NCBI RefSeq assembly: GCF_044704955.1
Contig: NW_027254527.1
Coordinates: 1-64,000, forward strand
DNA length: 64,000 bases
Direction: 5' to 3'
Source of the DNA: Pristiophorus japonicus
Taxonomy: Eukaryota
In this document: in pieces, positions 1 to 13,036 of the stretch
Layout: every line of letters starts with the position of its first letter
Numbering within the stretch: the first letter of the stretch is position 1
Translations under genes and position numbers: made by a program
Notes under the pieces: model-generated
Databases searched by the model: none
Seen by the model: the letters and a program-made list of their open reading frames with translations, nothing else
Told to the model about the DNA's origin: nothing

Positions 1-1395
1 CCCCCGACCCAGGAGGTTCCCCCCCCCCCGACCCAGGAGGTTCCCCCCCCGACCCAGGAGGTTCCCCCCCGTCCCCCCAGGAGGTTCCCCTCCCCCCCAG
101 GAGGTTCCCCCCCCCGACCCAGGAGGTTCCCCCCCGACCCAGGAGGTTACCCCCCCCGACCCAGGAGGTTCCCCCCCCGACCCAGGAGGTTCCCCCCCCG
201 ACCCAGGAGGTTCCCCCCCCGACCCAGGAGGTTCCCCCCCCGACCCAGGAGGTTACCCCCCCCGTCCCCCCAGGAGGTACCTCCCCCGACCCAGGAGGTT
301 CCCCCCCCGACCCAGGAGGTTCCCCCCCCGACCCAGGAGGTACCTCCCCCGACCCAGGAGGTTCCCCCCCCGACCCAGGAGGTTCCCCCCCCGACCCAGG
401 AGGTTCCCCCCCCCCGACCCAGGAGGTTCCTCCCCCCACCCCCCAGGAGGTTCCCCCCCCGACCCAGGAGGTTCCCCCCCGACCCAGGAGGTTACCCCCC
501 CCCCTCCCAGGAGGTTCCTCCCCCCACCCCCCCAGGAGGTTCCCCCCCGACCCAGGAGGTTCCCCCCCCGTCCCCCCAGGAGGTTCCTCCCCCGACCCAG
601 GAGGTTCCCCCCCCCGACCCAGGAGGTTCCTCCCCCGACCCAGGAGGTTCCCCCCCCGACCCAGGAGGTTCCTCCCCCGTCCCCCCAGGAGGTTCCCCCC
701 CCCGACCCAGGAGGTTCCCCCCCCGACCCAGGAGGTTACCCCCCCCTCCCAGGAGGTTCCTCCCCCCACCCCCCCAGGAGGTTCCCCCCCCGACCCAGGA
801 GGTTCCCCCCCCGACCCAGGAGGTTCCTCCCCCGTCCCCCCAGGAGGTTCCTCCCCCGACCCAGGAGGTTCCTCCCCCGTCCCCCCAGGAGGTTCCCCCC
901 CCGACCCAGGAGGTTCCCCCCCGACCCAGGAGGTCCCCCCCCCGACCCAGGAGGTTCCTCCCCCGTCCCCCCAGGAGGTTCCTCCCCCGACCCAGGAGGT
1001 TCCCCCCCGACCCAGGAGGTCCCCCCCCCCGACCCAGGAGGTTCCCCCCCGACCCAGGAGGTCCCCCCCCGACCCAGGAGGTTCCCCCCCGACCCAGGAG
1101 GTTCCCCCCCCGACCCAGGAGGTTCCTCCCCCGTCCCCCCAGGAGGTTCCCCCCCCGACCCAGGAGGTTCCTCCCCCCTCCCCCCAAGGAGGTTACCCCC
1201 CCCCACAGGAGGTTCCTCCCCCCTCCCCCCCAGGAGGTTCCTCCCCCCTCCCCCCAAGGAGGTTACCCCCCCCCACAGGAGGTTCCTCCCCCCTCCCCCC
1301 CAGGAGGTTCCTCCCCCCTCCCCCCCAGGAGGTTCCCCCCCCGACCCAGGAGGTTCCTCCCCCGTCCCCCCAGGAGGTTACCCCCCGCCCCCAGG
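1..1395. repeat. C-rich minisatellite (CnGACCCAGGAGGTT, about 20 bp)
   Basis: Direct inspection; a related array resumes at 2440-2790 after the CR1. Confidence 0.95.
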
Positions 1396-1397
1396 GG

Positions 1398-2440
1398 ATT
1401 AGTGGGAAAGCGGGTTGTGTAGAGGACACAGAGAGGCTGCAAAGAGATTTAGATAGGTTAAGCGAATGGGCTAAGGTTTGGCAGATGGAATACAATGTCG
1501 GAAAGTGTGAGGTCATCCACCTTGGGGAAAAAACAGTAAAAGGGAATATTATTTGAATGGGGAGAAATTACAACATGCTGCGGTGCAGAGGGACCTGGGG
1601 GTCCTTGTGCATGAAACTCTTTTAGAAAAACATGTCTGTGTTGAAAGGTGTGGGACGTTATTCCACCTCTCTCAGAATCAGGTTTGGTTAAACTGTGAAA
1701 CGGAATGAAAAATGCTGAGAATCGTAGTGTGCATGAATCCCAAAAAGTTAGTTTGCAGGTGCAGCAGGTAATCAGGAAGGCGAATGGAATGTTGGCCTTC
1801 ATTGCGAGAGGGATGGAGTACAAAAGCAGGGAGGTCCTGCTGCAACTGTACAGGGTATTGGTGAGGTCGCACCTGGAGTACTGCGTGCAGTTTTGGTCAC
1901 CTTACTTAAGGAAGGATATACTAGCTTTGGAGGGGGTACAGAGACGATTCACTAGGCTGATTCCGGAGATGAGGGGGTTACCTTATGATGATAGATTGAG
2001 TAGACTGGGTCTTTACTTGTTGGAGTTCAGAAGGATGAGGGGTGATCTTATAGAAACATTTAAAATAATGAAAGGGATAGACAAGATAGAGGCAGAGAGG
2101 TTGTTTCCACTGGTCGGGGAGACTAGAACTAGGGGGCACAGCCTCAAAATACGGGGGAGCCAATTTAAAACTGAGTTGAGAAGGAATTTCTTCTCCCAGA
2201 GGGTTGTGAATCTGTGGAATTCTCTGCCCAAGGAAGCAGTTGAGGCTAGCTCATTGAATGTATTCAAGTCACAGATAGATAGATTTTTAACCAATAAGGG
2301 AATTAAGGGTTACGGGGAGCGGGCGGGTAAGTGGAGCTGAGTCCACGGCCAGATCAGCCATGATCTTGTTGAATGGTGGAGCAGGCTCGAGGGGCTAGAT
2401 GGCCTACTCCTGTTCCTAATTCTGATGTTCTTATGTTCTT
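1398..2440 (+). mobile_element. CR1-clade LINE, subfamily A, 5'-truncated, with a 112-nt insert at 1616-1727
   Basis: ORF2 C-terminus (HLEYCVQFWSP, TRGHSLK, NFFSQRVVNLWNSLP) and (TTCTTATG)n-type tail. Confidence 0.92.
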
Positions 2441-2790
2441 ATTACCAGATTACACCCCACCCCCGCCAAGAGGTTACCAGATTACACCCCCCCCCGCCAG
2501 GAGGTTACCAGATTACACCCCCCCCGCCAAGAGGTTACCAGATTACACCCCCCCCGGCCAAGAGGTTACCAGATTACACCCCCCCCCCCGCCAGGAGGTT
2601 ACCAGATTACACCCCCCCCGCCAAGAGGTTACCAGATTACACCCCACCCCCGCCAGGAGGTTACCAGATTACACCCTCCCCCGCCAAGAGGTTACCAGAT
2701 TACACCCCCCCCGGCCAAGAGGTTACCAGATTACAGCCCCCCCCCCCGCCAGGAGGTTACCCCTCCCCCATAGGAGGTTACCCCTCCCCC
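2440..2790. repeat. About 32-bp minisatellite (AGGTTACCAGATTACACn GCCAAG)
   Basis: Direct inspection. Confidence 0.9.
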
Positions 2791-3129
2791 AATCAGGGGC
2801 ACAGGGGAGCAACGCCCCCATCTTGCATTTCTTGGCTTGTAAATTGACGGAGAAAACATAATCAGAACGTCAGGGATCCACCCGAGCCGTTTTGGATCCA
2901 CTCGCTGTAACCCTGAACAACAGATCCCCAGCGGGGACTGCAATGGGGCTGAGCGACATGTTAATAAAAATGCAATCCCTGCTTTGTGAAATGCAGCGAG
3001 AGATGCAGACTGCTGAGTGAAATGGGAGAAATGCTGGTTTGCTCAGAGCCCCCATGTAGGGCTGTGCATCGATCTGTGACATCGAGCACACACTGAGGCA
3101 ATGAGGACCCCTCCTCACCATTCACAGCG

Positions 3130-3530
3130 AGCCCAGTGTCCAATCTCTCCATGGTCTCACCTCTCCCTCATCTCTCTATCCTTCTCCAGCCCTACAGCCC
3201 CTCCGGGAACCCTGCATTCCTCAACTCTGGCCTCTTGTACATCCTGCACTCCCATCGCCCCAAAACTGTCAGCCACCCGTGGCTTCAGCCCCGTGTCTGG
3301 GCCCGAACCTCAGGAACTCCCTCCTAAACCTCATGGCTTGTCACCCTCTCTCTCCCTGGGACACAGCCTGCCCCGTGACCCAGCTTTTGGTCACTCTCCT
3401 TCTTTCTCCTGCTTCACAATATTCCCACATTACAACACTGACTACAGACAGTGCTTCATTGGCTGGAAAGCGCTTTGAGGCGTCCGGTGCTGGTGACAGG
3501 CGCTATATAAATGCAAGTCTTTCCTTCCTT
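3130..3530 (+). mobile_element. L2/SINE 3'-end remnant
   Basis: Ends in GGCGCTATATAAATGCAAGTCTTT, the tail shared with the SINEs here. Confidence 0.5.
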
Positions 3531-3837
3531 TGGCTCGGTGACAATTTTTGTCTGCGTCAATTTGAACGGGAATACCTCCACAACACAGTTATAATATACA
3601 TGTTCTAAACCATCACATATTTAAAATTCATCAAAAGGAAATGTAATTATTAAAAACAAAAATTTAATTTTTTGAAAAATAAATTTACATATTTTAAAGG
3701 GTCCACAAATAAACTTACCTTATTTAATAGGATTTTAAATGTTTAAATTATTGAAAATGCATTTTTCTGTCCTTTAAAAGTCTTATGCTGATTAAAGCAG
3801 GCCTTACACCTGCTTCTATCACTTGGAAAAATTGTTG

Positions 3838-4195
3838 GGCCTGGGGCAGGGGGCCAGGGGCAGGGGGCCAGGGGCCGGGGCAGGGTCAGGAGCCGGGGCA
3901 GAGGGCCAGGGCCCGGGGCAGGGTCAGGAGCCGGGGCAGAGGGCCGGGGCAGGGGGCCTGGGGCAGAGGGCCAGGGCCTGGGGCAGGGTCAGGGTCAGGG
4001 GCTGGGGGCCAGGTCAGGGCCTGGGGCAGGGTCAGGGTCAGGGGCAGGGTCAGGGTCAGGGTCAGGGGCAGAGGGGCAGGGGCAGGGGCAGGGTCAGGGG
4101 CAGGGTCAGGGGGCAGGGGCAGGGGCAGGGTCAGGGTCAGGGTCAGGGTCAGGGGGCAGGGTCAGGGTCAGGGGGCAGGGTCAGGGGCAGGGCAG
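3838..4195. repeat. (GGGGCA/GGGTCA)n hexamer repeat
   Basis: Direct inspection. Confidence 0.9.
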
Positions 4196-4709
4196 GCAGC
4201 CCAACTATCTGCCCGCGGAGGCCCTTTATCCGGATGTGTGCGACCTGTGGCGAGGATTGCTGTGGGTTTGGGCACACGCTGTGAATGCCTAAACCTGCAG
4301 CTCACACACCCTCGGGGCCAGTGACATCCTTCACACATTCCCCCTTTACACTGGTCTCTCACAGGACCATGGTCACTTCAGTCACCCCGCAGCTCACTGC
4401 GTGTTCTGAGCGCTATTCACACACACACATTCACTGTGTGTCACAACTCAGGCAATGTTTACCCTGTGTATATGTAATCTCAACACTGGGAGAGGGAGGA
4501 GGCAGGATGGCCATCTCTGGGTCAGGATTGAAACCTTTAATGAGTACCGGGAATCACCCTCTCCGGCTGCAGATTGAGCTGCTGTGTCAGCACAGTCTCT
4601 GTCTGACAGGACCGTGTCTTTGATTCATTTAAAGATCGTCTCTGTTCCTCTCCCCGGCATTTTGAACAGAAATGCTGTCGGATTGGGATTGGTCACATTG
4701 AGACTTGTC

Positions 4710-6290
4710 ACAGTGTGCAATCAGTGATTCTCAAACCCAGGTGTAGTGTACACCGTGTGCAATCAGTGATTCTCAAACCCAGGTGTAGTATACACCGTGT
4801 GCAATCAGTGATTCTCAAACCCAGGTGTAGTGTACACCGTGTGCAATCAGTGATTCTCAAACCCAGGTGTAGTATACACCGTGTGCAATCAGTGATTCTC
4901 AAACCCAGGTGTAGTATACACCGTGTGCAATCAGTGATTCTCAAACCCAGGTGTAGTGTACACCGTGTGCAATCAGTGATTCTCAAACCCAGGTGTAGTG
5001 TACACTGTGTATAGTCAGTGATTCTCAAACCCAGGTGTAGTGTACACCGTGCAATCAGTGATTCTCAAACCCAGGTGTAGTGTACACCGTGTGCAATCAG
5101 TGATTCTCAAACCCAGGTGTAGTGTACACCGTGTATAGTCAGTGATTCTCAAACCCAGGTGTAGTGTACACCATGTATAGTCAGTGATTCTCAAACCCAG
5201 GCCTAATATACACCGTGTATAGTCAGTGATTATCAAACCCAGGTTTAATATACACCGTGTAATCAGTGATTCTCAAACCCAGGTTTAATATACACCGTAT
5301 ATAGTCAGTGATTGTCAAACCCAGGTTTAATATACACCGTGTATAGTCAGTGATTATCAAACCCAGGTTTAATATACACCGTGCAATCAGTGATTCTCAA
5401 ACCCAGGTTTAATATACACCGTGTATAGTCAGTGATTCTCAAACCCAGGTGTAATATACACCGTATATAGTCAGTGATTCTCAAACCCAGGTTTAATATA
5501 CACCGTGTATAGTCAGTGATTATCAAACCCAGGTTTAATATACACTGTATATAGTCATTGATTATCAAACCCAGGTTTAATATACACCGTGCAATCAGTG
5601 ATTCTCAAACCCAGGTGTAATATACACCGTATATAGTCAGTGATTATCAAATCCAGGTGTAATATACACCGTATATAGTCAGTGATTATCAAACCCAGGT
5701 TTAATATACACCATGTATAGTCAGTGATTATCAAACCCAGGTTTAATATACACCGTATATAGTCAGTGATTATCAAATCCAGGTGTAATATACACCGTAT
5801 ATAGTCAGTGATTATCAAACCCAGGTTTAATATACACCATGTATAGTCAGTGATTATCAAACCCAGGTGTAATATACACCGTATATAGTCAGTGATTATC
5901 AAACCCAGGTTTAATATACACCATGTATAGTCAGTGATTCTCAAACCCAGGTGTAATATACACCGTGTATAGTCAGTGATTCTCAAACCCAGGTGTAATA
6001 TACACCGTGTATAGTCAGTGATTCTCAAACCCAGGTTTAATATACACCGTATATAGTCAGCGATTATCAAACCCAGGTTTAATATACACCGTATATAGTC
6101 AGTGATTATCAAACCCAGGTTTAATATACACCGTATATAGTCAGTGATTCTCAAACCCAGGTTTAATATACACCGTATATAGTCAGTGATTATCAAACCC
6201 AGGTTTAATATACACCGTGTATAGTCAGTGATTATCAAACCCAGGTTTAATATACACTGTGTATAGTCAGTGATTATCAAACCCAGGTTG
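4710..6290. repeat. 42-bp minisatellite (TCAGTGATTCTCAAACCCAGGTGTAGTGTACACCGTGTGCAA)
   Basis: 14-aa periodicity in the spurious ORFs. Confidence 0.95.
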
Positions 6291-6611
6291 AGTCTGCACG
6301 GTGCTGATGTTAAATGTTGCGGTTTTTGGAAGGTGCTCAGCCCCTGTCTTGCATCAGTGATCAAGTCTGGACATTGAACAGTTCCCAGTGACAGAGGCTC
6401 ACCCATCATCAGGCCACACAGGGCCGCAATATTCCCCTTGTTATTCCAAAATGATGATATTATTGGGCGAGAGACGCTTCATTCCGTTTACTCAGGGGGA
6501 GGAGAGGAGGGGAATTTATAAAACCACTTCCCAAATTTGAATTCCGTGTGATCATTGAGCTCCTGTCGTTGACTGATGTCAGTATCCGGGAGCTGGGTGA
6601 ATGATACCGAG

Positions 6612-7166
6612 AAACATAGAAAATAGGTGCAGGAGTATGCCATTCGGCCCTTCGAGCCTGCACCACCATTCAATAAGATCATGGCTGATCATTCCCTCAG
6701 TACCCCTTTCCTGCTTTCTCTCCATACCCCTTGATCCCTTTAGCCGTAAGGGCCACATCTAACTCCCTCTTGAATATGTCCAATGAACTGGCATCAACAA
6801 CTCTCTGTGGCAGGGAATTCCACAGGTTAACAACTCTCTGAGTGAAGCAGTTTCTCCTCATCTCAGTCCTAAATGGCCTACCCCTTATCCTCAGACTGTG
6901 ACCCCTGGTTCTGGACTTCCCCAACATCGGGAACATTCTTCCTGCATCTAACTTGTCCAGTCCCGTCAGAATCTTATATGTCTCTATGAGATCCCCTCTC
7001 ATTCTTCTAAACTCCAGTGAATAAAGGCCCAGTTGTTCCAGTCTCTCCTCATATGACAGTCCAGCCATCCCTGGAATCAGTCTGGTGAACTTTCGCTGCA
7101 CTCCCTCAATAGCAAGAACGTCCTTCCTCAGATTAGGAGACCAAAACTGAACACAATATTCCAGGT
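6612..7166 (-). mobile_element. CR1 LINE subfamily B 3' fragment
   Basis: ORF 6697-7101 is the ORF2 C-terminus; (TTTCTATG) tail. Confidence 0.9.
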
Positions 7167-7299
7167 GTGGAACCCTTTCTATTTCTGCTACCCAGAGTTT
7201 TCATCCAAAACCTATCGGGTTGTGCAGGGCACCAGTCGGGCTGCTGTGTCCTTTCTCAGCAATGTGCCTCAGGAACAACATCATTAAAGACGCCCCCCC

Positions 7300-8305
7300 G
7301 CCTTTCACTGGATCAATGGAACATTACGTCCCTCCCTTTCACTGGATCATTGGGACATTCCCCCCACCCCTTTCACTGGATCAATGGAACATCCCCCCCC
7401 CCCCGTCACTGGATCAATGGAACATCCCCCCCCCCCCCCGTCACTGGATCAATGGGACATTCCCCCCCCCATCATTGGATCAATTGGACATTCCCCTCCC
7501 CCCCCCCCACATCACTGGATCAATGGAACATTCCCCCTCCACCCCGTCACTGGATCAATGGGACATTCCCCCCCCCCCCATCACTGGATCAATTGGACAT
7601 TCCCCTTCCCCCCCCCACGTCATTGGATCAATGGAACATCCCCCCCCCCCGTCACTGGATCAATGGAACATTCCCCCCCCCCCCGTCACTGGATCAATGG
7701 GACATTCCCACCCCCCTTTCAATGGATCAATTGGACATTCCCCTCCGCCCCCCCCACCCCCCCACATCACTGGATCAATGGAACATCCCCCCCCCCCGTC
7801 ACTGGATCAATGGAACATCCCCCCACCCCCCCACGTCACTGGATCAATGGAACATCCCCCCACCCCCCCGTCACTGGATCAATGGAACATCCCCCCCCCC
7901 CCCCGTCACTGGATCAATGGAACATCCCCCCACCCCCCCGTCACTGGATCAGTGGAACATCCCCCCCCCCCGTCCCCGTCACTGGATCAATGGAACATTT
8001 CCCCCCCGCCCCACCCCGTCACTGGATCAATGGAACATCCCCCCCCCATCACTGGATCAATGGGACATTCCCCCCTCCCCCGTCACTGGATCAATGGAAC
8101 ATCCCCCCCCCCCGTCACTGGATTAATGGAACATTCCCCCCCCCCCCCGTCACTGGATCAATGGAACATCCCCCCCCCCCCCGTCACTGGATCAATGGGA
8201 CATTCCCCCCCCCCCCCATCACTGGATCAATGGAACATCCCCCCCCCCGTCACTGGATCAGTGGAACATTTCCCCCCCCCCGTCACTGGATCAATGGGAC
8301 ATTAC
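7300..8305. repeat. About 30-35-bp minisatellite (GTCACTGGATCAATGGAACATCn)
   Basis: Direct inspection. Confidence 0.95.
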
Positions 8306-8490
8306 TCTTTCCCCCCCCCCCCCCACCCCGCCCTCATTGTATCCCTGGGCCAGAGATGGTCCTCCAATTGTTGCCCACTCGGCCCAGACCAAAGAGGCAA
8401 CGGTCAAGCTGTGGGGCCGGGACCGACCCGAAGTGACCCAGCAAAGAATGACCATGTAGACCAGGAGTGGGCTGGGCTGGGGAACCGAGC

Positions 8491-10229
8491 TTGGGCTGTA
8501 CCCCCTCCCTCTGTGTACACTCTATCCCCATATACACCGTGGGCTGTACCCCCTCCCTCTGTGTACACTCTATCCCCATATACACCATGGGCTGTACCCT
8601 CCCTCTGTGTACACTCTATCCACACACACACCATGGGCTGTACCCTCCCTCTGTGTACACTGTATCCCAATATACACCGTGGGCTGACCCTCCCTCTGTG
8701 TACACTCTATCCCACACACACCGTGGGCTGTACCCTCCCTCTGTGTACACTGTATCCCCATATACACCGTGGGCTGACCCTCCCTCTGTGTGCACTCTAT
8801 CCCACACACACCGTGGGCTGTACCATCCCTCTGTGTACACTCTATCCCCACACACACCGTGGGTTGTACCCCCTCCCTCTGTGTACACTGTATCCACACA
8901 CACCATGGGTTGACCCTCCCTCTGTGTACCCTCTATCCCCGTATACACCGTGGGCTGTACCCCCTCCCTCTGTGTACACTCTATCCCCACACACACCGTG
9001 GGCTGTACCCCCTCCCTCTGTGTACACTCTATCCCCATATACACCGTGGGCTGTACCCCCCTCCCTCTGTGTACATTCTATCCCCACACACACCATGGGC
9101 TGTACCCTCCCTCTGTGTACACTGTATCCCAATATACACCGTGGGCTGACCCTCCCTCTGTGTGCACTCTATCCCCACACACCGTGGCCTGACCCTTCCT
9201 CTGTGTACAGTCTATCCCCACACACCGTGGCCTGACCCTTCCTCTGTGCAACACTCTATCCCACACACCGTGGGCTGTACCCTCCCTCTGTGTACACTCT
9301 ATCCCCACACACCGTGGGCTGTACCCTCCCTCTGTGTACACTCTATTCCCAACATATACCGTGGGCTGTACCCTCCCTCTGTGTACACTCTATCCCCACA
9401 CACACCATGGGCTGTACCCCTCCCTCTGTGTACACTCTATCCCCACACACTGTGGGCTGACCCTCCCCCTGTGTACACTCTATCCCCACACACACCATAC
9501 GCTGACCCTCCCTCTGTGTACACTCTATCCACACACACCGTGGCCTGCCCCTCCCTCTGTGTACACTCTATCCCACACACACCGTGACCTGACCCTCCCT
9601 CTGTGTACACTCTATCCACACACACCGTGGCCTGACCCTCCCTCTGTGTACACTCTATCCCCACACACACCGTGACCTGACCCTCCCTCTGTGTACACTC
9701 TATCCACACACACCGTGGCCTGACCCTCCCTCTGTGTACACTCTATCCCCACACACACCGTGGGCTGACCCTCCCTCTGTGTACACTCTATCCCCACACA
9801 CACTGTGAGCTGTACCCTCCCTCTGTGTACACTCTATCCCCACACACACTGTGGGCTGTACACCCTCCCTCTGTGTACACTCTATCTCCACACACACTGT
9901 GGGCTGTACCCCCTCCCTCTGTGTACACTCTATCCCCACACACACTGTGGGCTGTACCCCCTCCCTCTGTGTACACTCTATCTCCACACACACTGTGGGC
10001 TGACCCTCCCTCTGTGTACACTCTATCCCCACACACACTGTGGGCTGTACCCCCTCCCTCTGTGTACACTCTATCTCCACACACACTGTGGGCTGACCCT
10101 CCCTCTGTGTACACTCTATCCCCACACACACTGTGGGCTGTACCCTCCCTCTGTGCACACTCTATCCCCACACACACCGTGGGCTGACCCTCCCTCTGTG
10201 TACACTCTATCCCCACACACACTGTGGGC
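8491..10229. repeat. About 45-bp minisatellite (TGGGCTGTACCCTCCCTCTGTGTACACTCTATCCCCACACACACCG)
   Basis: Direct inspection; same family at 19619-20224. Confidence 0.95.
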
Positions 10230-10292
10230 CATGTCTATAAGCCATCAGACACTTTGTAATAAAATCCAGCGGCCAATTCCATTCACAACCAA

Positions 10293-10423
10293 TCACTTTA
10301 TTTCGCATTTGTTTTGGTGACATTTATATTGACGCTCGTCACCATCGGGAAGGGTCACTTTAAGGTTAGTCTGGTAGAGAAACTTCGGCACACACCCAGA
10401 ACAAGAGCACGCAGCGTTTCCAC
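10293..10423 (-). CDS. IgW: IgW short-form Cys-rich secretory tail exon (GGNAACSCSGCVPKFLYQTNLKVTLPDGDERQYKCHQNKCEIK*)
   Basis: Acceptor ttccggttccag|GT, in phase with CH2; 43 aa then TGA. PKF-x-Y and terminal CEIK recall the known IgW/IgX short tail. Absent from the ORF track. Confidence 0.88.
10297..10302 (-). terminator. Candidate polyadenylation signal AATAAA within the last codons of the secretory tail
   Basis: GAAATAAAGTGA on the minus strand, followed by GT/T-rich sequence. Confidence 0.55.
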
Positions 10424-10794
10424 CTGGAACCGGAAGAGTTGCAGATTTAAGTGTTATACATTTTCACCTCCCGTCCCGTGCTGGGAAAGTGGGAGCTCCA
10501 CACGGCCCCGGAGCTCTGCTCCATCCGGAGTTTATATGATGCTAAAAGGGAGCAGATCGTGTGGACCATAACACGCTTTCTCACCTGGTCCTGAACAGGC
10601 GAACCAGAGACACGAGCTGCGCTTAAAGGGGAGCCGGGGACGGGTCACTTCAAATCTGATGTGGGGGATCAATATTTCAGTGAGTGGTCAATCGATGGAA
10701 CACGTTCCCTCAGGAGAGGGTGCAGCAGCTCGTGGCAATTCATTCAAATGCAAAACTGGGCAGATTTCTTTCCTACCTGTGGGTGTATGTGCAG

Positions 10795-11475
10795 AAATCG
10801 CAGAAGGTTGAGAGGAGATTTGACAGAGGTGTTCTCAGGTTGGGAAAGCAGTTATAAAGGCTTCCAGGATCCTGGGCTTCATAAACCGAGGCACAGAGTA
10901 CTGCCCGTGGGAATGATGATGGACCTGTATAAAACACGGGTTCGGCCCCAGCTGGAGTATTGTGTCCAATTCTGGGCCCCGCACTTTAGGAAGGATGTGA
11001 AGGCCTTAGAGAGGGTGCAGAGGGGATTTCCGAGAATGGTTCCAGGGATGAGGGACTTCAGTGACGGGGATAGACTGGAGAAGCTGGGGTTGTTCCCCTT
11101 GGAGCAGAGAAGGTTGAGAGGAGATTTGATCCAGGTGTTCACAATCATGAGGGATCTGGACAGAGGTCGAAAGAAACTGTTCCCATTGGGGGAAGGGTCA
11201 GGAACCAGAGGGACACAGATTTAAGGCGATTGGCAGAAGAACCAGAGGCGATGTAAGAAAATACTTGTTTACGCAGCGAGTGGTTGGGATCTGGAATTCA
11301 GGGCCTGAGAGGGTGGAGGAGGCAGACTCAATCCTGCTTTCAAAAGGGAGTTGGATAAATATCTGAAGGGAAAAATATTGGCGGGCTACGGGGAAAGGGC
11401 GGGGAGTGGGACTGGCTGGGGTCAGCACGGGCTCGATGGGCTGACTGGCCTTTCGTGCTGTGACCATTCTCTGGT
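10795..11475 (+). mobile_element. Degenerate CR1 3' fragment
   Basis: RPQLEYCVQFWAPHFRKDV motif. Confidence 0.8.
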
Positions 11476-11847
11476 TCTAGTCTATAAAATAACATTTGGG
11501 AGACAGTAGGAAGGGAACAGGTAGGAGGTGAAGGTATCGATGGGCCGCCCGTTTCACGCTCTGCACCATTATCCTTTCCATTGAAGTTAGCGGAGAGTAA
11601 AATCGGGCGAGAGTGTAAACGGGTGACCAGCCCGACCCCGGCAGTTTCCCCGCCCAGCGCCTTGGGTTAAAGTTACTCTCTCTAAGTGTCGGTTCAGTAT
11701 CAACACGTAAAATACTAAACATCTCGCCTCTCTCACCAGGGGCGATATTCGGGACAGTGATTCACGAGTTAAAGGCGAACATTAGCGCATTAAGTTAATA
11801 CAAGGCTGAATTACTGACCATATTCCTCCCCCTCAGATACCACTTAC

Positions 11848-12153
11848 CCGCTTGATACCTCATGCTGATTGTGTTAGGGAGGTTCGAAGATCCATGGGCC
11901 ACTTCACAGGTGTAGACCTCCCCCTTGGTCCATTCCTCCACAGGCACCGTCAGGTAAGCCACCGTTTCAAAGGTATCGGCGGCTCCCGGTCTGGAAGGGA
12001 GAACGATACCCTTCTGGTCCACCCCGCCTTTCTTCCAGGAAACCTTTAGTTTGTCGGGATAGAATCCAGATATGGCACAGCCCAGGACAGCGGTGGTTTG
12101 ATTGTAGACAACCTCCGGCGATGGAACAAGCGAGATGAGGCTTGGAGCTTGAG
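11848..12153 (-). CDS. IgW: IgW constant exon CH2 (TQAPSLISLVPSPEVVYNQTTAVLGCAISGFYPDKLKVSWKK...FETVAYLTVPVEEWTKGEVYTCEVAH...ISMRYQA)
   Basis: 306-nt phase1/phase1 exon (ttacag| and G|GTAAGT), open frame, C1-set motifs. The ORF track shows only its C-terminal part. Confidence 0.92.
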
Positions 12154-12487
12154 CTGTAACACGTTACAAGATTTCAGATTAAATGGGGTTGGGATTGGCC
12201 GCGATCTAATGCAGTAGCAGAACGGGCCGGAGATGCTGACTAGCCTACCCCTGTTCCTGTGTTCCCCTGGACAGATATCGAGGGGTATCAACAGAACAAG
12301 GGAATCCTGTGGATCTCTCAGGTGACCTTTCATCTCACTCAGCCTGTCAATCCACCCCCAATTGTGACTGGATTCTCTCTCGGCCTCTCCTGAAATGTGT
12401 GGTTACTTTTCAGATCTGGGCTCGGAAAACCAGCCTCCCTTTTCACATTTCAGATGCTGACCGATTTGCTGTGTATGTTCACAGCAT

Positions 12488-12912
12488 CATAGAAATTTAC
12501 AGCACGGAAGGAGGCCATTCGGCCCATCGTGTCCACACCGGCCGACCAAGAGCTACCCAGCCTAATCCCACTTTCCAGCTCTCGGTCCGTAGCCCTGTGG
12601 GTTACAGCACTTCAGGTGTACATCCAGGTCCTGTTTAAATAAGGTGAGGGTTTCTGCCTCTACCACCCTTTCAGGCCGTGAATTCCAGACCCCCACCACC
12701 CTCTGGGTTAAAAACTTTCCCCTCAAATTCCCCCGACCAATTACTTTAAATCTACGTCCCCTGGTTATTGACCCCTCGGCTAAGGGAAACGAGTCCTTCC
12801 TATCCACTCTATCCAGGCCCCTCATAATTTTATACACCTCAATCAGGTCTCCCCTCAGCCTCCTCTGTTCCAAAGTAAACAACCCCAGCCGATCCAATCT
12901 GTCCTCACAGCC
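12488..12912 (-). mobile_element. Degenerate CR1 3' fragment
   Basis: [19 protein letters not shown]...FLTQRVVGVWNS. Confidence 0.8.
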
Positions 12913-13036
12913 AATGTTTCTGCAGGGACCTGAAGATCCCACAGTGCCCATAACCGGGTCTGGGATCGGAGTCGACAGGGCTGTACTTTGTAACCTTCTC
13001 GCTGAGCCTGTGGGGAAACTACAATTATCCACAAGA

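Noticed and set aside
4400-4620. Minus-strand Ig-like words (ETVLTQ, LIKGFNPD) and a CACAGTG heptamer
   Set aside because: Words fall in different frames, with no Cys/Trp framework and no nonamer at 12 or 23 spacing; probably chance.
7300-8305. CRISPR-like repeat with variable spacers
   Set aside because: The spacers are poly-C length variants, there are no cas genes, and the context is eukaryotic.
7167-10320. Pro-rich ORFs including 671 aa
   Set aside because: Minisatellite artefacts.
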